Program-made: the position numbers and the translations under genes
Shown: positions 55,158 to 64,000 of the stretch, one piece after another
Layout of the letters: the number at the start of each line of letters is the position of its first letter
Numbering within the stretch: position 1 is the stretch's first letter
Assembly (NCBI RefSeq): GCF_006345805.1
Contig: NW_021831284.1
Coordinates: 790,232 to 854,231, forward strand
DNA from: Octopus sinensis
Taxonomy: Eukaryota
Reading direction: 5' to 3'
Length of the DNA stretch: 64,000 nt
The notes under the pieces: generated by a model
Databases searched by the model: none
What the model was told of the DNA's origin: nothing
The model's input: the letters and a program-made list of their open reading frames with translations, nothing else

Positions 55158-55229
55158 AGCCCCCAGAGGGAATCGAACCCCCGACCCTTGGTTTACAAGA
55201 CCAATGCTCTACCTCTGAGCTATAAGGGC
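55158..55229 (-). tRNA. tRNA-Thr (UGU)
   Basis: 72-nt cloverleaf GCCCTTATAGCTCAGAGGTAGAGCATTGGTCTTGTAAACCAAGGGTCGGGGGTTCGATTCCCTCTGGGGGCT; A and B boxes; downstream TTTT terminator. Confidence 0.97.
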
Positions 55230-55432
55230 ATTTTTTGTATTGTAGTACTTTAAAAAAATTTTCAAATTGAATATTCTTTAATTGTACAAACAGATTACAA
55301 AATATGAAAATGTACAAAATAAAAGGAAAACTAGCAATTAAATAAATAATTATTATTATAAGATTGATTTTTGAAATTTAAAAATCGCTGTATAATAAAA
55401 CTTCTGTATTTGAGAGTGTATTTAAGTTAGAA

Positions 55433-55663
55433 ATGCTAAAAATCAAGAAATACAGTGCATTATCTCACTTTCATATATTTGCCCCGATCGCAGTGGAGAC
55501 GTCGCAAGTCCTGGGTCCCAGAACTAAAAAATTTTTTATTAAACTGGGGGATTTGGCAAGCAGGAGAAATGATCATCGGGAATGGACATGGCTTTTCCAA
55601 CGCATATCAATAGCCATCTTGCGTGGGAATTGCCATTCCATCTTATCCTCTGCTGCTAATTAA
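55433..55663 (+). mobile_element. 5'-truncated CRE 3' tail
   Basis: KKYSALSH...APIAVETSQVLGPRT...WLFQRISIAILRGN. Confidence 0.85.
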
Positions 55664-55819
55664 ATACTAAATAATTAAATAGAATAAAATGATATTAAGA
55701 AAAAAAAATTTCAAGTTAACTTTCCCACATTAGACTCCAATTATGGGTTTAATCTCTGTTTGCAAAGAATACTTTATTAAATTAACATGGATTCTAATTA
55801 CCAAAAATATATACCTAGT

Positions 55820-56460
55820 TGTCGGATTCTAATTACCATGTAACTGCAGAAAAACCCAATGAAAAATTCCAGGCGGATCTTATGGATGTTAGAAGATATA
55901 AAGAGTTTGACGATGGATGTAATTGGATACTGACAATTATTGACATCTACAGCAAATTTGTTGTCTGCAAATCTTTAAAAAATAAAACTGCTTCTGGTAA
56001 GACTTGAAATTTAATTGAAGAAGTGGTGAATAAATTCCAAAAATTGTTTTATCAAATTGGATATTGTCAGATCTTGCAAACGGACAACGGGTTGGAATTC
56101 AAAAACCAACTTATGGCTCAACTATGCGAGGAATAAATTTGAAATAAATTAGGGTGTAATTGAGCGCTTTAACTAGATATTGACACGTGTGTATGGCAAA
56201 CTGATGGATGAAGAAGGAACTAAAATTGGAAACAATACGGCGGACATATTACGAACAAATTCGACCTCTCTAAAAATCAAATTATACAACATGCTACTGA
56301 AACTGGTCTTATTGTACAATTTCTCTACATAAAAAAATACGTAAAAATTGGAAACAATTTTAGACAAAGTAACTTTTTCCTGTAATACGACACACCACTC
56401 GGCGATCAATGAGACCCCCTTCACAAGTTTAGGGGTATTTCTGGAATTAACACTGTGATT
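55820..56460 (+). mobile_element. Decayed Ginger2-like integrase with a 24-nt intron
   Basis: FQADLMD, WILTIIDIYSKF, KTAS|EVV (intron 55997-56020), ILQTDNGLEFKN; later stops. Confidence 0.75.
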
Positions 56461-56806
56461 CATGAAATACCAGGTTATAATCTTATTTAATAATTTAGAT
56501 GAAAATAACGAGGCATCGTTTGTCGAAGATGAACTTAATGGTAAATTTACGATGTATTTATTTTTAGAAACGAATAATAAAAAATTTAGGACGAATCCGT
56601 CATTGAAGCTACACAGATTTGAATCCTTATATGAAGAAAATGAAAAGTAAAAAAATATAATGTCTAAATACAGATTAATGGTTATTTGTCTTCCTAACAA
56701 ACATTTAGATCGAATACGAAATAGTTATATGAATAGAGATAAAAAATGTTAAGTTTTTTGATTTTTAGCAATTATCTTTAGTCAGTAATTAGTGTCAAAC
56801 TATGTA

Positions 56807-58095
56807 CAGTCTGAACAGCAAAAAGGAATATTCTTAAAACTTCATTTTAAATCACTCTAATGAATTCATTAATGTAATTACGTTATTATAAATTTCGTTT
56901 TTTAAATTACTAATCTTTTAGAAATTACATTAATTTGTAATTTTGAAATTTGAACAACAAAAAGTAATATTTTTTGATTTTAAAATTTCTGTTGATGTTG
57001 TTTCTGTTGATTCCTGTTGTGTACATGATAAATAAATAATAACTTTATAGAATGAAACTGACTTCAAATAAAATAGCACAAATATTTCATTAAAAAATGC
57101 CGGTTTCAAGCAAAACATATGAACTATTCATCTTTCTGCACGTTAGCCAATCAACAATTTCGAAACACAAAAAAATGTCTTTAAGCAATACAAAGGTACC
57201 CAGAAAAAGGCAGTGGTGGTCATAATATTTATTCTGAAGAAATTTCAAACATGATTTCTTATTGAAATTGAAAACTCCAATTGTCACTCAGGAAAATTTC
57301 TATTAAATTGAAAAATGAGAGAAACTTATCAATTAGTCATATGACAATTAAAAGAATGTTGAACAAGAAAAAAATATGCCCACAAACCAATAAAAAAACA
57401 TTGCTAACACCACGAATAATTAAATTACGTTATGAAGCAGCATGCAAATGGATTCAATATGATGAAAAGAAACTTAAGAGCATTTTTTTCAGATGAATGT
57501 AAATTCAACCTTTTCTACACCAATGGAAAGCCTTTTGTTTGGCGAAAACGCAATAAAAAGTTAGAACCCCAAATATATACCTACTGTAAAACATGGTGGT
57601 GGCAGTTTGATGGTTTGGGCTTGTTTCTCATATTATGGCGTCGGCAAAATAGTTTTATTGACGGTATAATGGACAAATACAAATATATTGATATTTTATC
57701 AAGAAATTTGTTTTCTTATGCGGAAAAAAATGCAGCTTGATGAATTTGTGTTCCAACAGGATAACGATCCTAAACACACAGCAAAGCTACTAAACAATTT
57801 TTGAATGAAAAAAAATGTTGAATTGTTGCAATGGCCCCCAATCTCCTGATTGTAACCCAATCGAAAACTTATGGGGAATAATTAAAGAGAAAATAGCAGA
57901 AGAGCGCCACAGAATTTAAAAGATCTAAAGGCCGAAATTTTAAACGTTTGGAATGAACTTGATGAAGAAATATGCAAAAAATTGTCGTTAAGTTTTAGAA
58001 AAAGAACATTGGACCTTTGTCGTGCCAAGGGAAAATATATTAACTATTAATTCAATGGTTTTTATTGTTGGGTTTTGAAAATACTTTTTGCTGTT
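56807..58095 (+). mobile_element. Tc1 (DD34E) transposon, frameshifted
   Basis: [39 protein letters not shown]; left TIR TA|CAGTCTGAACAGCAAAAAG, partial right match CTTTTTGCTGTT. Confidence 0.88.
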
Positions 58096-58258
58096 ACAAA
58101 ATTTCAAATAATTGACTAAAATTATGTATTTTCAAAGATTTTAAATTATATAAAAACGTAATTACATAATAATTAATGTCATTAGAGTGATTTTTATTTA
58201 AAATGAATATTATTAATTTAATGTCATCCAAATTGTCACCGATACAGTTATTATTTAA

Positions 58259-60112
58259 ATTACAGGGGGGGACATTACTCCCCAAGTATACTACTCAGAG
58301 GACTGACACACACATGGGGGACATTACTCCCCAAGATACTACTCAGGGACTGACATCACATGGGGGACATTACTCCCCAAGTATACTACTCAGAGGACTG
58401 ACTCACATGGGGGACATTACTCCCCAAAGTATACTACTCAGAGGACTGACATCACATGGGGACATACTCCCCAAGTATAACTACTCAGAGGACTGACATC
58501 ACATGGGGGACATTACTCCCCAAGTATACTACTCAGAGGACTGACATCACATGGGGGACATTACTCCCCAAGTATACTACTCAGAGGACTGACATCACAT
58601 GGGGGACATTACTCCTCAAGTATACTACTCAGAGGACTGACATTACTGGGGGGACATTACTCCCCACGTGGACTACTCAGAGGACTGACATTACATGGGG
58701 GACATTACTCCCCAAGTATACTACTCAGAGGACTGACATTACATGGGGGACATTACTCCCACGTGGACTACTCAGAGGACTGACATTACATGGGGGACAT
58801 TACTCCCCAAGTATACTACTCAGAGGACTGACATTACATGGGGGACATTACTCCACGTGGACTACTCAGAGGACTGACATTACATGGGACATTACTCCCC
58901 AAGTATACTACTCAGAGGACTGACATTACATGGGGGACATTACTCCCCACGTGACTACTCAGAGGATGACATCAGATGGGGGACATTACTCCACGTGGAC
59001 TACTCAGAGGACTGACATCACATGGGGGACATTACTCCCCAAGTATACTACTCAGAGGACTGACATCACATGGGGGACATTACTCCCCAAGTATACTACT
59101 CAGAGGACTGACATCACAGGGGGACATTACTCTCAAGTATACTACTCAGAGGACTGACATCAATGGGGGACATTACTCCCAAGTATACTACTCAGAGGAC
59201 TGACATCACATGGGGGACATTACTCCCCAAGTATACTACTCAGAGGACTGACATTACATGGGGGACATTACTCCCCAAGTATACTACTCAGAGGACTGAC
59301 ATTACTGGGGGGACATTACTCCCCACGTGGACTACTCAGAGGACTGACATTACATGGGGGACATTACTCCCCAAGTATACTACTCAGAGGACTGACATTA
59401 CATGGGGGACATTACTCCCACGTGGACTACTCAGAGGACTGACATCAGATGGGGGACATTACTCCCACGTGGACTACTCAGAGGACTGACATCACATGGG
59501 GGACATTACTCCCCAAGTATACTACTCAGAGGACTGACATCACATGGGGGACATTACTCCCCAAGTATACTACTCAGAGGACTGACATCACATGGGGGAC
59601 ATTACTCCCCAAGTATACTACTCAGAGGACTGACATCACATGGGGGACATTACTCCCCAAGTATACTACTCAGAGGACTGACATTACAGGGGGGACATTA
59701 CTCCCCAAGTATACTACTCAGAGGACTGACATTACATGGGGGACATTACTCCCCAAGTGGACTACTCAGAGGACTGACATCACATGGGGGACATTACTCC
59801 CCAAGTATACTACTCAGAGGACTGACATTACATGGGGGACATTACTCCCCACGTGGACTACTCAGAGGACTGACATCAGATGGGGGACATTACTCCCCAC
59901 GTGGACTACTCAGAGGACTGACATTACAGGGGGGACATTACTCCCCAAGTATACTACTCAGAGGACTGACATTACATGGGGGACATTACTCCCCAAGTGG
60001 ACTACTCAGAGGACTGACATCACATGGGGGACATTACTCCCCAAGTATACTACTCAGAGGACTGACATTACATGGGGGACATTACTCCCCAAGTATACTA
60101 CTCAGGGACATT
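58259..60112 (+). repeat. 48-bp minisatellite, about 38 units, with higher-order duplications
   Basis: Consensus GGGGGACATTACTCCCCAAGTATACTACTCAGAGGACTGACATCACAT; two stop-free frames ([16 protein letters not shown] and [16 protein letters not shown]). Confidence 0.97.
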
Positions 60113-61129
60113 CGGCTGTTGGTGTCGACTTCTCTTGCAGCACGTGGACTGGATGTGAGGGATTTATATTTGGTGGTCAATTATGACTGTCCAAACCACT
60201 ACGAGGATTATGTACATCGGTGTGGGCGAACAGGGAGGGCAGGAAATAAAGGAAATGCCTTCACATTTATTTGTCCTGGCCAGGAAAAGTACGCAATTCA
60301 CCTGATGGATGCACTCAAGTCATCAGACAGACCAGTTCCTCGACAATTGGAGGCAATGGCTGATTCATATCTCTCCAAACTCAACGAACAGGGCAAATCT
60401 CACAATCGGTTTAACGGATTCGGAGGCCACAGCTTTTCATTTAACAAATCCGAGTCAGTGAACTACCTGAATGAACAACGAGCTGCATTTGGCTTTATTT
60501 CTGATATGATTGACGACGGGGATGCCGATGAGAATTCGGTCGAGATTGAAAGTAACATTGAACGAATCTTCCACGGAGATTGTGACAAAATGACACTATC
60601 ATTATTGGGTGCTTCTGCCCGGAAGGAAGCTAATCGGACCAAGCTTGAGAAAGCAAGGTTGTTGGCCTACGAAGAGAGTCAAGCCGCCGATGGAGTTCAA
60701 TCAAGTGGGGACACAATTCTTGACATGAGGTCACGTGCGGTTGAATTGGCGGAAAAGTTACACGAACGTGTTGGTTATACTCCGTCGCCCACATTGTATG
60801 CCGAGGAAGTTGAGAAATATACACGTTATGCCTGTGATCTGGAAATAAATGATTTTCCTCGACAGGCTCGTTGGAAAATTACATCTCGTGAAGTTCTTTC
60901 TCAGATTGAAGAGTGTTCGTATGGGGCGACCGTAGGGGTGGGTGGAGTGGTGGTGGAACGTGGGAAGAAACCCCCTTAGGGGAGAGAGAAAACTGCACAT
61001 TTCGATCGCTGCCACCTCACAGGGGGCGTTGGATAGAGCAAAGAACGAGATTGTTCGAATTATCAAAGAAGAGCTGGTGGAAATTCAGGGTTCTTCAGAT
61101 ATCAGGAGTTTGGAAGATATGTGGTTTAA
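60105..61129 (+). pseudogene. DDX46: 3' half of DEAD-box helicase DDX46/Prp5; no 5' half in window; two frameshifts near the end
   Basis: [76 protein letters not shown]. Confidence 0.85.
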
Positions 61130-61190
61130 AACGCTTTTGTTAAATAAATTGTTTCATTTTTTCTTTAATTTTTAATTAGTTATCGTGCTA

Positions 61191-62233
61191 ATGTTGTATC
61201 TTGTTGGTCTCGGTCTTGGAAGTTGGAAAAGCATATCGCTGAATGGACTTGAGGTGGTCAAACAGGCGGATTATGTGTATATTGAAATGTATACTTCCTT
61301 GATGTTTGATACTTCCGAACTAGTTTAGACATTTCACATTTATATTATTAGGAAAAAGAGTGTAAAGGAAATGTTATACACGCAGATCGAGAAATGGTTG
61401 AAGCTCGTGATAGTATTTAATTATAGTTTATTAAATAGATATAATAATCCAACAATCCTTAGAAAATAATGTTGTACTTCTCGTGGGTGGCGACCCTCTG
61501 ATGTATAATAAAATTATATTCAAAGGGCCACAACTCATATTGCACTTTACATGTCTTATAAGGACACAGAACAAAAGCCACAAATTCGTGTACTTCACAA
61601 CGCTTCTATAATTTCTGCTGTTTGCACTTCAGGACTATCAGTTTATATTCAAGAGGTTACGATTCAGGCAATAAAATTCGGAGAAACAGTTTCTATAGTT
61701 TTCTGGACCGAGAATTGGCAACCTGATAGTTTTTATGATAAAATTTTGTCCAACAAGAGGCGTGGTCTTCACACTTTGTGTCTTTTAGGTTGGATTATGA
61801 CTGTCTAATGATAGATCTTAGATACAGAGAAAGAACTATGGATAATATAATCAAGTTTTCAAATCATATTATATATATAGTCAGAGACCAATATATGAAA
61901 CTCCCCGTAATATGACTATTTCAACTGCTGCTTCACAACTTTGCCAAATAACGAAAAGAAGATTGACAAGTTTATTTATTTGGTTTTATTTTTCAAGATG
62001 GAATGAATGATATAATTGAATTGAACTCGCCTTGTGTTGGTTTTGCCAGAATTGCTTATAAAGATATGAATTTTAAATATTCAACTCTCGAGGACATTGG
62101 TTCGTATGATTTTGGTGAGCCGGTGATTTGTTGTTTGGTGGTTTGTGGTGCTTTAAACGACGGTGAAAACCAAATGTTGGAGCTTATAAAATCTTGTAAT
62201 TATTATAGTCAATCCAATCATTTTCAATTTTAA
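61191..62233 (+). CDS. DPH5: Diphthine methyl ester synthase, multi-exon
   Basis: MLYLVGLGLG, EMYTS, ADREMVE, LVGGDP, HNASIISAV, KFGETVSIVFW, RGLHTLCLL. Confidence 0.93.
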
Positions 62234-62378
62234 GAATAAAAATTTTTATTCAGTTTTTAACAGAATTTTTTAATAATTACGAATTTATAACCAAGTAGTA
62301 TTTAAAGTTAAGAAAATAAACAAATTTATTCTTGAGTTATTTTTACAATTAGTTATTTTCCTATTATTAATAATAATT

Positions 62379-62580
62379 TTTTTTTTTTTTTTTAATGTCG
62401 TAATACTACTAAGTAAGTCAACAAACTAATAAATTCTCCAGCGAGACGGAGGGAACAGCTGTTGCCACGCATGACAGCCAGCAGGATCCTCTGAATGAGG
62501 AAAGTAAATTCCTAGGGTCCTTGGACCGCGAAGAACAAAGATGTCCCAATTTCTTTAGGGAAGTGAGGGTCCCGGAGCCA
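62379..62580 (-). mobile_element. 5'-truncated CRE copy with poly-A
   Basis: EFTFLIQRILLAVMRGNSCS; poly-A of about 17 nt; 7-bp TSD AATAATT at 62372 and 62581. Confidence 0.8.
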
Positions 62581-62660
62581 AATAATTATTTTTGAGTTTT
62601 AAAAATAAATAGACTGTCAATAATATTTTGTTTTAGTTGGTTATTTTCATAATAAATCAC

Positions 62661-64000
62661 ATGAATCTAAAAGACAAAAACAATAATTCCAGCAAACATG
62701 TCCCAATGTAAGAATTAATAAATATTAAAACAAGATTTCCAGTATATTTACCACCATTTTATTATACACTCGAAGACAGCAGTTCTGGCATAGCCGTACC
62801 TTATCCCTACCACGGTGGACTTTATTGTTCTCAAATCTACCCAATCAGGGATTCTCAACAGCCTCAAGATATCGTCAATGAACAGAACCTGTCTAATCCT
62901 GTCGATGGTTGTGATTTTTTTAACCTATTTTAGAAATAACGCAAAATTTAAGTTCTCTGTCTACAAAAGAGGACTTTTCCGATCCTCCCAAACCTTCAAA
63001 AAGAATTAAAACAAAAGCAAAACGTGGCCCTGCTGTCGATTTTGCTGTAATTTATTTGTTTTTTATACTAAAATAGAATATTGAAAACATGCAAGTTTTC
63101 CAAGAAAAAAAAGAAATCGTAAAACCCAAAAAACAAGTAATTTAATTCAAATATTTATCCAAAGTCAAAAATTGTTTCTTGTCCAAACATTCTCGACTCG
63201 ACCGCCCCAAAACATTACCCGGGAAAAAAGGGAGAGCGCGGGAAAATGACCACACTAAAAAAAGTCATAATTCGAGAAAGAAAGACTGAAGAAGGTCAGA
63301 TTGAATCTCCTCTCACAGATCAAAACATCAAAAAAAATATTCATAGCGACAAATTTAGAGAGTTGTTGATTAGTGGTTAGTTTGGCAGTTATTGTGATCA
63401 TTTCTGTACGATAGACATTGATGGAGTTGTGTCTGAGATTGTGGAACGACTAAAGTTTTTTCAGTCAAGAAATATGGAGATAAATGCATATAAGGCATTG
63501 ATGGATGCGAATTTGTAGGCCAAGACGAAGCTTCGTTATTGTCTAGGAATCCATCAAGTAGTCAAACAACTCGTTCTAAACAAAATTCGACTTGTTTTGA
63601 TTGCTCCGAATATTGAAGATATTAAATCGAAAGGCGGCCTGAATGAGTGTGTTGGGAGAATATTGGAGATGTGTCGTGAGAAGGAGGTGGCTTATGTTTT
63701 TGCGTTGAGTCGCCGTCGTTTGGGGCAGATTATCAGACCTGGGATGCCTGCTTCCACGATCGGCATTTTCGATTATTCAGGAGTTGAGGTTGATATGAGA
63801 TGATAGTGTAGCATTCCGTTAATCGACTTTTAAATTTGGTCGCAGAATCGCGGAAGGCTTACGAGAATGCTATCGCAAAGAATTTGGAGATTATAAAATC
63901 TGAAGAAAATTGTCAAAATTTAAAATCACATAATCGGAATATTTCGGATGGGAGTGCAGTGTCTTTTTCTAGTAGTGTATTGACAAATCCGATTTCCCAA
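62661..64000 (+). CDS. SECISBP2: SECIS-binding protein 2 (L7Ae domain), runs off window end
   Basis: LDSTAP...TTLKKVIIRER, IHSDKFRE|YC, AKTKLRYCLG, IAPNIEDIKSKGGL, VFALSRRRLG, IGIFDYSG. Confidence 0.92.

Noticed and set aside
58259-60112. Minisatellite as a CRISPR array or as a tandem array of perfect GT-AG introns
   Set aside because: There are no unique spacers and the context is eukaryotic. The permuted 48-mer starting GT ends in AA, because the AG and GT share one G.
39725-61110. Single-base frameshifts in Axin and the DDX46 C-terminus as programmed frameshifting
   Set aside because: They fall at or near short homopolymers and look like sequencing or consensus errors; no slippery-site plus structure evidence.

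Overview
AT-rich eukaryotic DNA from a ciliated animal with a very compact gene structure. Most spliceosomal introns I could reconstruct are 20-39 nt GT-AG. That size, with ciliary genes (RIB43A, MAK) and animal genes (TEAD, Axin, basonuclin, junctophilin, MAP1), best fits a dicyemid-like reduced parasite; this is inference, not proof. About 17 host genes or pseudogenes are recognisable: DDHD phospholipase, TEAD, RIB43A, Quaking, cathepsin L (pseudogene), PSMB7, V-ATPase B (deleted pseudogene), basonuclin/disco, a miniature Axin, MAK/ICK, junctophilin, MAP1/futsch, a neuronal calcium sensor, UMP-CMP kinase, the 3' half of DDX46, DPH5 and SECISBP2, plus tRNA-Thr(UGU). These are interleaved with many transposons: a nested stack at 0-9.3 kb (Jockey/I-like LINE containing a CRE retrotransposon containing a Buster hAT, next to a pogo remnant), many 5'-truncated CRE tails, R4/Dong and I-group LINE remnants, three pogo elements, three Ginger2-like integrase copies, Tc1, and a Helitron end. 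The most notable observations are: (1) a 1.85-kb 48-bp minisatellite, open in two frames, fused in frame to a headless DDX46; (2) host-sized micro-introns in transposases of three DNA-transposon superfamilies; (3) short tandem duplications at retrotransposon 5' junctions; (4) a miniaturised Axin that keeps all four modules. Family assignments are from recalled motifs, not database searches. Some single-base frameshifts may be assembly errors.
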